From IMG/VR virus record IMGVR_UViG_3300032313_000500, positions 32,001-96,000 of that record: 64,000 nucleotides of DNA. One strand, written 5' to 3'. Below are positions 1 to 10,300 of the stretch, in pieces (positions within the stretch are counted from its first letter, which is position 1; the number at the start of each line of letters is the position of its first letter). The notes under the pieces were generated by a model. The model made no database searches and was not told where the DNA came from. It worked only from the letters and a program-made list of their open reading frames with translations. The translations under genes and the position numbers were made by a program. Origin of the DNA: a virus.

Positions 1-1
1 A

Positions 2-3000
2 GGCGAAGATTACGAAAAGTCAGCCTTTGACGAAGAACTAGAAAATCTTGCTCAAATTCTTGATGAGACATTTGATGTAAAAGTTGGAAGAACTCTTAGT
101 TCTCGCAACATGTCAAAACTAAAAACTGTCCTAGAGACACTTCAGGATATTGTTTCATCAGCAGAAAAAGATGTTGAGTCAAAAAGCGATTACATCATTC
201 CTGTCAAACTGGAAAATGCGTTTGAGACCAAGCAGTTACTTGACCCAATTTTTGATTACCACAGAGTTGAATCTCATGTGACAGAAGACGGAATAGTCAT
301 CACAACAGGGGTAACTCAAGAATTTATAGAGGCCATTGGCGTGGCCGAAAAAGCCTTGGGGCGAACGCTGAGCGGTGGCCTGGGAAAATTAGGCCGCGCC
401 GGTAGGGGCGCGGTAAACTTTGACCCAAAAGCATGGGACGGTGACGGAGACGGAATCGTACAAGAAGGAACACCGTACTCACGTCCAGCAATACCTGGAG
501 TAAATGACCGCGCATCTGGCGGAAGAGTTGATGCCACTGCTGCAACCCGTGCATGGCAAAATCAACGCAGAGCCGGAATGGCATCACGTACTGGCCGTAT
601 GGATGCAGATGACAACTTTGACGAATACGACGAAGCAATGGGTCCACCAATGCGTCGTGCAGGTAGAGGAATGGCTGAAGACCCAACTGGCGACGCTGCT
701 TCAGAAAACCTTGATAGGGACAGAAACGCTGGCGCTGTAAGAAGAGGATTGAGTTCAAGCACACCAAAGCCTCGTAAAAAGTCAACCGATTACAAAAAAG
801 ACAAAAACTACACAGACCTTGACGATGACGACAAGAAAATTGTAGACGTAATTCAAGAAGCAATAGAAAACGGCGAGATAACGGGTGAAAGTTATTGGTC
901 GGATTGGGTGAGTAATACTCTTGGTGACTGGAGTCTGCAAGAACAGTACGAGGCTATTTATGGCAGGTCTGCTACTAGTGAAGACTTTCAAGAATCTGCC
1001 GACCAAAGCGGCAGTCGGTACAGAGATGGTGAAGGAAGATATGATGACGACATTGAGGAAGAATTCTATTCCGAATCAATAGCGGATGCATCCCCTCGTG
1101 AGAAACTAATAGGGCTAGTTGGAGAATACATGCCTGAGGGTTCAAAGTATGGCGACAAAAAGCACATTGCTGCACTTCGTCAATCTTTTTCTTCTGGAAG
1201 AAGCGGACTCAGTTCAAGCACTTCAGGTTCTAGAGGAAAACCGGAGCCGTTAAAGCGCGAGGGCGAATTTCACGGTGGGAATATCTACGACGAATTCAAT
1301 GGTCAATATGTTGAAGGTGAAGTAGTTGCTTTATCCGACCTTTATGGCGACGACAGACCAGGGTATGGAATAGTTGGTAGATACGACAGCGACGGAAGTG
1401 GCACTGTTGATTATTTCTACGGCGGAACGGACGACGAAGAATTTGAAACCATTGAGGATGCTATAGCGTTCTTGGAAAATGTTGAAAACGAAGCAGAAAA
1501 CGACAGATTCTATAACGAACCTGAATTTAGAAGCGTAGACCGTAAGCGTTCTGCTGGTAGACCTGGCGAAAGACCACTTGCAGGGTTTTCATCAAGCACC
1601 GCAGAGGTTGTGTCAAAAGATGACTTGCCAAAAGAACTTGTAAACGACGTAGCAAATGCTGCAGTTCGCGCCGTGGGCCGTAGTGGTGACGAGACACGAC
1701 TTATTGATGGGGCTAAAGAAGTATTGGCAAACCTTACTAGCGAAAAATTAAAAGACAGCGTCGGTAAGTCTATATCCAATGCAAGAAAACGATTAGCAGA
1801 AATGCTTTCTGACGAAAAAGTCATTGAAGAATTTCAGTCAAGAAAAGCAATTGAAGATTTTATGGACGAAGTGGGCTATGCCGTTCAAGAGATGCTTGAT
1901 TTACATGTTGGTTCTGTTAAAAAAAATGGAACCTCTGTTGAAAAAGAAGAAATTGAAGAAATTGTAGATAATGCAAAATCTAAATTTGATAATGATTTTA
2001 ATGAATTAGTTAAAGCGTCTAAAGAGTTTTGGAACAAGAGACGTAAGCCCGGCAGATTAGATGGCACTCCAGAAGAAGCAAAAAAAGAAGCAGCAATAGA
2101 TAGAAAAAATTTGATGGAAACCCTCAGGGAGGGTGGAGAGCCAGAAGACCTTGAATCAACGCTTGGTTCAATTTTTAAAATGTTTGATAATGATTCTGAA
2201 AAAATAATTTCCGGAACAATTTCTGTTGAAGATTTAAACTATCTAACAGAAAAAGCACTTGACCAAATTATTGAAAACGACCCATCAATTGACCCAGAAG
2301 AATTAGTAAACGAATTTGCTGAGGCTCTCCGTGAGGGAGCATCCAAGGATGGTGCAAACCCACTGATTGTTGCTTTAGCAAAAGAATTTGGCGATGAAAA
2401 GATTACTGGTGGCGACCTAATTGACTACCTGAATGACACTCGTCAAAATTCTGTTTACAGACCCGACAGAGGCAAGATTGAAAAAGAAAAACTTCGTGGC
2501 TTTGCTTCCAGGGTAGGCAATAACGACCCTGCCAACACTGGAGACGGAGAACGTGGTCTTGGTTCTTCATCCGATAAGCGTGAAATGGACATGACGCTTG
2601 CTGAATATGCAGAACTAGATAAAGTTCTTAAGAAATACATGGATGACAGCCAAGTAGACGGCATCGGTGCTGACGAAGACATGCAAGTAATTCAGGATAT
2701 TCTTGACAAACTTGATGAGAGTTCAGCCGCAAACGACTCAATTCCTCTTACGGACAAAGAAATTGACGACTACATGGACACTCTCACAAGAATGAGAGAC
2801 AACGGTCCAGTTGAAGATTTAGCAGATAAAGAATCAATAGACAAACTGATTGACTCCTTAAAGAAAACAAAAGAATCAACAGACGGAACCTACGAATCAG
2901 ATGCTCTTCAGCAGGCCGGAACAAGGCTCACTCCTCCTCCTGGCGGTCGTGGAAGAACCACAAAAGGCACTCGCCCATTCAAGAGTTCCAACGGAACAAT

Positions 3001-5890
3001 AAATCCACACAAAAAACTTGATTTTGAATTAGAAGATTCTGAAATTGGCGAACTTCGTGATGAACTTGATGGTTTTATGAAGATGACCAACAACCCTGGT
3101 CCACTTAGGGCTGTTGCTGAGAAACTAGAAAAAGCCACAAATGGCAAGTTTTCACTTGAAAAAGAAGAATACGAAGAAGTTGTAAAAGAAATAGAAAAAC
3201 TACGGACAGACAAAAAGATAGTTACATCAGACGTAATCGGACTTCTTGAGCAAGCAGCAGAATCCAAAAAAGGAAAGTACTCAAGCATTGAAGTCAATGG
3301 CGGACGAGGTTTCTCATCATCTACTGGTGGTGGCAAGAACAATGGAGCACCATCCGACATTCCCGAGACAATGCAAAAGCAATTACTCATGTGGGCTAGA
3401 CAGCAAAGAGGTCTTAGGCTCGCTCAAGAATCAGTTGAGAAGTTTGACAGGGACAAAGGAACTCTTCCAGCATCACATTGGAGAAGACTGCGCACCTTGT
3501 ATGAGAACATGGGACCAGGCTCAGCCAGTGGCGCTGCTCGCAGTGGTGGACGCAGAGGCATCTTCGGCCGTGGAAAAGATACTTCTCCGACTACGCAGGT
3601 TGGTCGTGGACCTTCCGCTGAAAGCAAACCACTACCCCAAGGCCTGCTTGATAACACAATGTCAAAAAATCCAATTGTCACAGATGGATTTACGGACATG
3701 AGGTCTGGAAGCATGGGTGGCTCACAGGGCGGAGGCGTATTCAAAGACCCAAAGACTGGTCAGGAATATTACATCAAGCCAGCAAAGACGCAGACTCATG
3801 CAGAAAACGAATCGCTAATGTCTCGTCTCTATGAAAGAATAGGTATTCCTGTTGCGAAAGTAAAAGTAGGAACCTACAAAGGTCGTCCAAAAATTGTTAG
3901 CATAATGATTCCAGGAGCAGAAAAAGTCAACCACGAATCCGAGATGAAAAAACCGGCGTGGAAGAAGGCGGTTCAAGATACTTTTGTGGCTAATGCGTGG
4001 CTTGCAAACTGGGACGCTGTTTCAAACGGCGGAAATACCATTAGGGGCGGAGACGGCAATGCGTACGTCGTTGATGTTGGCGGTGCTGGTCTTTTCCGAG
4101 CAAGAGGAGAAGCAAAGGGCTCGGCGTTTGGTCCTATCGTCGGGGAAATGGAATCCTTGAGAGACCCCAAACAGGACGGCGCTCAACGCGGTGTTGCATA
4201 CTGGGGAGATATTCCACCAGCAGAAATTGCTCGTCAGGTAAAAGTAATTGGAGCAATATCCGATTCTGAAATCAAACAAATGGTTGATGCGTTAATTTCT
4301 GACAAGGGTGAAGCAAAGAAACTTTCTGACACTCTTATTGCACGACGTGACTATCTCGTTCAAAACTGGAGCACTGGCAAAAACAGTGGCTCCGGCAGAA
4401 GAGGTCGTACTGGCTTTTCATCTAGAACAGACCCTAGCGACCTTTCCGACTACAGACCACCCCGGCGCACGCCTGGCGGAGTACCGGCAATGAGACCTGC
4501 CGATTTTGAAGTGCGAGCCGATAGCGAAGGCGTCACTGGTGTTGGCAAGGGTGGGGCAATGGGAACAAAGCCTGACAAAAAATTCTCTGGTGACTCTTTT
4601 GACCAAGTTAAGCCAGACAAGTGGGATGAACTCACAATTGACGAAAAATGGGAATGGATGCTTGGCGAAGGAAACCCTGAAAAGGGCGGAACCATGTCTC
4701 CTGCTGCGTACGAGGGCGCTATGAAGAAACTTGGCGACGAAGAAGCCAGAGAAGAAGCAAAGCGGATGTCTCCAGAAGAACGGAGAAAAGCCCGTACCGA
4801 GTCAAGAGAGAGCCAAAGAGCGCAACTTTCCGACAACGAAAAAGAAAGAATCTCTGCTGAAAGAGCAAAGCGTCAAGCAGATGCAGAAAGCCAATCCAAG
4901 CGAGTCAAGGAAGAGGCAACTGCAGAAAAAGCACAAGCCAAGAGACAGGCGCTTCTTGATGGTTTCAACGAATGGATTGATGACTCAGTCCGTCAACTTT
5001 CAGAAATGGAATATGACGGAACCGACATCAACCCTGATGCCGACGATATCTGGGACACCGTTTCCACAATCCTTGGCGTCAATGACATTACACCAAAATC
5101 CCTAAACGAAGCAATTGAGGAACTTTCATCATACGTTGACGTTAATTCACCTGGGGAAAATGCTTATGAAAAGAAGAGCATTGCCCGTGCCAACGCATTA
5201 TTGAAGAAACTTTCAAAGATGAAATCAGAGTATTCGGAAGACAAATGGTTCAACGGCAGAGAAGGCAGAAGGTCTGGATTTGACTCCAGAACTGGTGGCA
5301 GGCCACGTCCTGGAACCCCAGAAATGCCTCAATCAAACGCCAAGCGCGAGGGAGACATAAAAAGACTTTCCACACTGATTGAGCAGGTTGTCGCAGAACT
5401 TGAAGCAAAACGTCAAAACCCTTCACCCAAAAAGGGTCGCATGGGCTTCTCTTCGTCTACCGGAAAGACCATGATTACCGACGAAGCGACATTCTTTAAG
5501 GACATTGAGAATTCTCTTGCAAAAGAAATTAGAGCCGCACAGAAGGCCAAGAACACCAAGGCAATTACAGGGCTAACTAAACTTCAAGAAATAATCAAGA
5601 GAAACGAAGCATCCAAGACTGGCGACAGAAGAACAAATGTCGGAAGCATATACATGACGATGGATGAAGTTGACCTAATTCTTGACGGTCTTCAGTTTGC
5701 TCTTGACCAACAGGTGGACGCCGGTGGAGATAAGAGAATTGGCTGGTACTCAAAGTTGATTGAAAAGATTGCAGCAGCAGCCATGTCTACATTTATTGAT
5801 AAAAGCACAACAGAGATTGGTTCAACCAGAAGAACAGTCACCAACAAAGATGGCGTAAAGAAAAAAATCAATATTGTCCCAGAAGCATAA
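2..5890 (+). CDS. 5'-truncated giant head-associated polyprotein (>=1962 aa); probable C-terminal extension of an HK97-family prohead protease; contains a HipA/PI3K-like kinase domain (~3700-4370)
   Basis: The frame is open from base 2 (GEDYEKSAFDEELENLAQILDETFDVKVGRTLSSRNMSKLKTVLETLQDIV), so ATG110 is probably not the start. K.GR.LS..N...L is the helix that typically follows HK97 protease domains. Kinase motifs: GGSQGGG, YYIK, ENE, NWDAV..GGN, VVDVG. Also carries the DGDGDG tag (419-556) and 8 canonical G[FLM][AS]S motifs. Confidence 0.7.
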   Translation, partial: GEDYEKSAFDEELENLAQILDETFDVKVGRTLSSRNMSKLKTVLETLQDIVSSAEKDVESKSDYIIPVKLENAFETKQLLDPIFDYHRVESHVTEDGIVITTGVTQEFIEAIGVAEKALGRTLSGGLGKLGRAGRGAVNFDPKAWDGDGDGIVQEGTPYSRPAIPGVNDRASGGRVDATAATRAWQNQRRAGMASRTGRMDADDNFDEYDEAMGPPMRRAGRGMAEDPTGDAASENLDRDRNAGAVRRGLSSSTPKPRKKSTDYKKDKNYTDLDDDDKKIVDVIQEAIENGEITGESYWSDWVSNTLGDWSLQEQYEAIYGRSATSEDFQESADQSGSRYRDGEGRYDDDIEEEFYSESIADASPREKLIGLVGEYMPEGSKYGDKKHIAALRQSFSSGRSGLSSSTSGSRGKPEPLKREGEFHGGNIYDEFNGQYVEGEVVALSDLYGDDRPGYGIVGRYDSDGSGTVDYFYGGTDDEEFETIEDAIAFLENVENEAENDRFYNEPEFRSVDRKRSAGRPGERPLAGFSSSTAEVVSKDDLPKELVNDVANAAVRAVGRSGDETRLIDGAKEVLANLTSEKLKDSVGKSISNARKRLAEMLSDEKVIEEFQSRKAIEDFMDEVGYAVQEMLDLHVGSVKKNGTSVEKEEIEEIVDNAKSKFDNDFNELVKASKEFWNKRRKPGRLDGTPEEAKKEAAIDRKNLMETLREGGEPEDLESTLGSIFKMFDNDSEKIISGTISVEDLNYLTEKALDQIIENDPSIDPEELVNEFAEALREGASKDGANPLIVALAKEFGDEKITGGDLIDYLNDTRQNSVYRPDRGKIEKEKLRGFASRVGNNDPANTGDGERGLGSSSDKREMDMTLAEYAELDKVLKKYMDDSQVDGIGADEDMQVIQDILDKLDESSAANDSIPLTDKEIDDYMDTLTRMRDNGPVEDLADKESIDKLIDSLKKTKESTDGTYESDALQQAGTRLTPPPGGRGRTTKGTRPFKSSNGTINPHKKLDFELEDSEIGELRDELDGFMKMTNNPGPLRAVAEKLEKATNGKFSLEKEEYEEVVKEIEKLRTDKKIVTSDVIGLLEQAAESKKGKYSSIEVNGGRGFSSSTGGGKNNGAPSDIPETMQKQLLMWARQQRGLRLAQESVEKFDRDKGTLPASHWRRLRTLYENMGPGSASGAARSGGRRGIFGRGKDTSPTTQVGRGPSAESKPLPQGLLDNTMSKNPIVTDGFTDMRSGSMGGSQGGGVFKDPKTGQEYYIKPAKTQTHAENESLMSRLYERIGIPVAKVKVGTYKGRPKIVSIMIPGAEKVNHESEMKKPAWKKAVQDTFVANAWLANWDAVSNGGNTIRGGDGNAYVVDVGGAGLFRARGEAKGSAFGPIVGEMESLRDPKQDGAQRGVAYWGDIPPAEIARQVKVIGAISDSEIKQMVDALISDKGEAKKLSDTLIARRDYLVQNWSTGKNSGSGRRGRTGFSSRTDPSDLSDYRPPRRTPGGVPAMRPADFEVRADSEGVTGVGKGGAMGTKPDKKFSGDSFDQVKPDKWDELTIDEKWEWMLGEGNPEKGGTMSPAAYEGAMKKLGDEEAREEAKRMSPEERRKARTESRESQRAQLSDNEKERISAERAKRQADAESQSKRVKEEATAEKAQAKRQALLDGFNEWIDDSVRQLSEMEYDGTDINPDADDIWDTVSTILGVNDITPKSLNEAIEELSSYVDVNSPGENAYEKKSIARANALLKKLSKMKSEYSEDKWFNGREGRRSGFDSRTGGRPRPGTPEMPQSNAKREGDIKRLSTLIEQVVAELEAKRQNPSPKKGRMGFSSSTGKTMITDEATFFKDIENSLAKEIRAAQKAKNTKAITGLTKLQEIIKRNEASKTGDRRTNVGSIYMTMDEVDLILDGLQFALDQQVDAGGDKRIGWYSKLIEKIAAAAMSTFIDKSTTEIGSTRRTVTNKDGVKKKINIVPEA

Positions 5891-5999
5891 ATAGTGTGCG
5901 TTCTCGCCCAGAGGGGCGTGCTACGTTATACTTTTATAAACTATTCATAATGTGATATTGACACTCGTGTCTTTACTCGCTAAAAAACAGGAGTTACCA

Positions 6000-7376
6000 A
6001 TGAGCGAAAAAGTTGAAGTCAGTGTTGATGCGGACGGCAATGTTCTTAAGTGCGCTAAGGGCGCAAATGCTGCCGATTGCGGGTTTACACCAGGGGCAAA
6101 AGTTTGTGGCAAGTGCGGAGCAATGCCTATTCAGATGAAGATGGTCCCAGTCACTGATGATGACTATGAAGTCAAGGGTGGCGATAACTGGGACGACAGC
6201 GCCATGTTTAACGCTATGAAAAAGCGTCAAAAGGGCATGGGTATGGGTATGCCTGACGAAGAAGACGAAGAAGAAATGCCAATGAAGGGTATGGGCTACG
6301 AAGAAGAAGACGACGAAGAAGACGACTTAGTTCCCATGAAAACTTCAAAGAAGAAGATGTCTCTTGAAATTGAAGAAGACGACGAAGAAGAAGACGACGA
6401 AGACGAGTTGTCCATGGACGGAGAAGTTGACCTAGAGGCAGCAAGAAAGAAGCGCCTTGCCAGCATGGGTGAAAAAGTTGCAGAACTCGGCAGAAATGCA
6501 TACATGTGTGCTGTTGAAAGAAAAGTTTACCCAGGTGGTTCAAGCGTTTGTGACGACTGCCCTGGTGGGTGTTTGCCAGAGCGCGGAATGCCAGGACTTC
6601 TTTCAGTTGAAGGAATTGCTGAACAAATGTTTCAGGGCAAGGTTCTTGACTCTGGATACTCTTCAGATGCAGACATGTTCGTAGTTGACATTCAATCAAA
6701 GAGCGGCCGTGCCGTTGAAGTATTTATTGACGGTACAACTGCAGAAGTTCTTGGTTTCCACAAACTTGACGACAACGCTTTTGAGCAAAAGTCAGCACTT
6801 GATTCAATGATGGTTATTGACTTCCATGAAGCAGCAGAAATTGCTGTTAAGTCTATTCAGGGTGACGTTGTTGCAGTTGAGCCAGACATTTTTGAAGGCT
6901 TTGATGCATACGCAGTTGAGATTGAAGGTCTTGATGGAAAGTCATACGATGTGTTTGTCTCTCTTGACGGTGAAGTTCTTGGATACGATAAGTACGAGCC
7001 AGAAGAAGCAGAAGCAATTGAAGCAGAAGCCGCAGAAATTGCATTAAAGCGTGCATTCAATGAAGACATGCGTACACAAATGGCGCAAGAAGGAAAAGCA
7101 CTTCCAGACGGCTCTTTCCCAATCTCCAACGTAGAAGACCTAAAGAACGCAATCAGCGCTTATGGTCGTGCAGGCGATAAAGAGGCAGCAAAAAAGCACA
7201 TCATGAAGCAAGCAAAGGCTCTCGGTCAGGAAAAACTAATTCCTGCTAACTGGGTAACTGGTGGAGCAAAAGTTGTTGAAGAGAAGTCCGGAGAAGTTGA
7301 CTCTGACCTTATGGCATCACTCGTTGAGTTTGAACTCCTTGAGGCCGAGGTTAAAGACGCAGACCCAACAATCTAG
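6000..7376 (+). CDS. Acidic head/scaffold-like protein with Cys clusters, two PepSY-like repeats and a C-terminal LPDGSFPI domain
   Basis: GGAG RBS before ATG6000. Contains CAKG..CG..CGKCG and CAVERK..CDDCPGGC, poly-E/D tracts, PepSY-like AAEIAVKSIQGDVVAVE...YAVEIEGLDGKSYDVFVSLDGEVL, and a C-terminal ALPDGSFPI...AISAYGRA...HIMKQAKALG motif seen in phage head proteins. Confidence 0.55.
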   Translation: MSEKVEVSVDADGNVLKCAKGANAADCGFTPGAKVCGKCGAMPIQMKMVPVTDDDYEVKGGDNWDDSAMFNAMKKRQKGMGMGMPDEEDEEEMPMKGMGYEEEDDEEDDLVPMKTSKKKMSLEIEEDDEEEDDEDELSMDGEVDLEAARKKRLASMGEKVAELGRNAYMCAVERKVYPGGSSVCDDCPGGCLPERGMPGLLSVEGIAEQMFQGKVLDSGYSSDADMFVVDIQSKSGRAVEVFIDGTTAEVLGFHKLDDNAFEQKSALDSMMVIDFHEAAEIAVKSIQGDVVAVEPDIFEGFDAYAVEIEGLDGKSYDVFVSLDGEVLGYDKYEPEEAEAIEAEAAEIALKRAFNEDMRTQMAQEGKALPDGSFPISNVEDLKNAISAYGRAGDKEAAKKHIMKQAKALGQEKLIPANWVTGGAKVVEEKSGEVDSDLMASLVEFELLEAEVKDADPTI

Positions 7377-7392
7377 AGAAAGCGTGGCCCGT

Positions 7393-10300
7393 ATGACGGG
7401 GGTGAACATTAATAAAATTCGCCATTACGCGCCTGGATTCAATAATAGAACAACGCGTCTTGATGCGGATATGTCTGCATTGCTTTTCAAGGCGGGAACA
7501 AGAGTTATTTCATCATCGGAAAGACTAATAGCCGACGTCTCTATTAAGGCAGCAATGGGTGCAGGTGCTCCTGCCGATGATAAAAAAAGAGGCCTTCAAA
7601 GCGCTGGTAAATCAAAGTACATAAACATCAACGGTCTTGTTTATGACCCAGCAGCAAAAAAACAAGAAGGTCAATTCTTTAAACCGTGGATTACGGAAAG
7701 AGAAAGAATTAATGCCATGCGCTCAAGCGACCCAGTTCCCAACTGGGGATGGGTTGATGCGCATCCAGAGCATCAAAATAAACTTGAAGCGCCAAGGAAT
7801 TCAAAAGGCAAAGTAACAAGATATCCAGTAAATCCTAAAACTGGTGAGCCAATGAAGAACCAGGGGTTTGACCAAGAGTTCAAATCTCTTGGACCAACGC
7901 TTGGTGAAAGAAATCCTGGCGGAAAACTGCTTGCACGAACAGCAAAGGCCTTTGGTTTAGTAGTTGATGCTCTTGGAAAATTCAGATGCCCTCCCGGCAC
8001 TCCAGCAGCAAACAGGTTTACAAACGAAAGAGGCGAAGGCTGTTTTGATATTTCAGTAGCCCAAGTACGTAATTTGGTTGGTTCTTTAGCCGACTCAATG
8101 CAGGGACCGCAGAACAGGTCACAAATAGTGTCATCTCTTGCATCTGCGGGATTAAGTATTGCTGAAATTAGAAAGTCCTACAAAGAAAATGGTATTGCCG
8201 GACTAGCAAGCCTCGCACGGCGTGTAGGCATTGATTACGTCGGTGAAAAATGGAACGACATGTCATATGTTTCACAAATACCAGTAAGACTAAGAGAAAT
8301 TTCTGGCTTGACAATGGGCGCTCAGTCAAGAATGGAAAGAATTGTTCAGGAAAAGGCTGCAACAATTGATTTTCTTGCAGAATATTACGGCATAACGGAA
8401 ACTGATGAATATAAAAAAATTGGTGAAATAGTCAAAGCGATGTCTGCCGACCCGGACTCGCCTTTAGCACCAAATCAATTTGAACTTTTGTTTAGAGGTG
8501 GCACTCCAGAAAGTCATGAAGACTGGGCAATTGATGCGCTAATTGAAACACACATTGAGGCAATTAACCAAAAACTTGGACTTGGAGGAACTCCTGATGT
8601 AATTAGGAGAGACCCAGTAATGATGGCAAGAGTTGCTGCAGATGCAAAAGAAGAGTATCTGCGAGCAAAGGCCGCTGGCGAAGTAACGCCAATTACTCAA
8701 TTCATTGATGCTGGTTTGAGAAGAGAAAAAGATTTTAGACTCGGAGCGTTTGAGGATATGGTAATCGCCGCACATGAGCGACCTCATTCTTTCACCATGC
8801 CGAATGGAAGTAAAAGAACATACGTAGCAGATGTTGGTGCCGGATATCAATACGATAAAAATGGAGAGGCTTGGCCTGACACTATTTTAATCAACTCCGG
8901 ACCTGCTCTTCTTGGATTTAGAGATACTCCACCTGCTGGATACATGGACCTATACGAAGCAACAGGCGGAGATATTGACGACCAGTGGAGGGCAGTTGCT
9001 TCAGCAATGGATGCAGACGAGCGCCTCAGAGCATATGCAACGCTATGGGGTACCGACTTGGCGGCAACTGAAGGTCGTGGATGGAGAGATTTTGGAGCAC
9101 AAACCTCTGCTCATGAAAGAGCCCACTGGGGTCAAATGGATGCAATTTTCCAGTATCACGCAGATAACGGAACCGGAAGAAATATAGAAGACTTAAACAA
9201 CGATGAACTGATGGATTTAACTAAAGAATTCATGACAAAAGCATCACCAGAAATATTGAGTGACGTTTTTGGTATTGATATTGATGATTTAATTGATAAG
9301 CGTTTTGACGCTCTTGCTGGTGCTTATAGCCAAGTGAAGCAACAAGAGGCGCTTGGTGAATTGACGGGAGGAGGAACTTCTGAAGAATTTAACTATGCCA
9401 GAACTCTTGCGTTAATGGAGACGCTTGCGGAATTAAAGGCAAATAAAGCAGTCGGCCTAATAGGCGACGACCCGGAGTTGGATGCAATTCTTGAAAAAAT
9501 GGACCCACTACCACCTTTGACTGGTGGCTCAATATCCCCATCGGGTGGAATTGTTCCATCAAGACCCGATGGTTCTCCTGCTCCTAGGTTCGTGCCGTCT
9601 GGCCGCGTTAGACCAACACTCCCTGGTTCGGCACCAGCGCTGCCAACCAATGCTGGAAGGGTGGTTACAACAACTCCAGGAAGAAGTGGCGGAAGAGGCC
9701 GACGAGGACCGGTTGACCCGTTTGAAAAGGAAAGATACGGAAAAGTCCCAACGATGATTAAAGAGGGGCGCTTTACCCTTGAAGACATTGACGAGTTCCT
9801 GTATGGAGAAGACGGCAAAGGTGGACTCAAGCGAATGCTTGAAAGTGTTGCAAACATGCGCACTAAAAAGAACGGCTACACCGACCCAGCATTGGTTAAA
9901 AGAAAACGTCTACTTAATGAACTAGTTGACACAATGGGTATTTCTTTTCCCGAACTTGAAGCACTAGCGCTTAAAGCAAAAAGAGGAGAGTCTTTAACTC
10001 CAGAAGAAAAGTCAAAACTTGTTGACGCTATTTCACATTTAAGAAACGGTGCAAATGAGTTTAAGGCAAAATCTATTGAAGCAAGAAAGAAATTTGAAGA
10101 CTATCGGTCTGTTGATGTATCCAGGGCAACTGGTGACGGTTCCGAATACGACGAAAAAGATACGAACGTATTAAATCTTGAACAAATACAAGACGAAATT
10201 GAAATGTATGAAGCACTGTTCAATAGGGTTGGGCGCGGAATAGCGCCAGCAGTGCATGACATTCTTACAATGACAGAGAATGGACCATACCCTCACCGCC

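Noticed and set aside
419-556. DGDGDG as a canonical EF-hand protein
   Set aside because: There are no flanking helices or paired EF-hand; kept only as a DxDxDG-type loop within a tag.
7261-7392. Programmed frameshift fusing ORF6000 to the 1894-aa ORF
   Set aside because: The overlap is only an open upstream extension; no slippery heptamer is evident, and an ATG lies 17 nt after the upstream stop.
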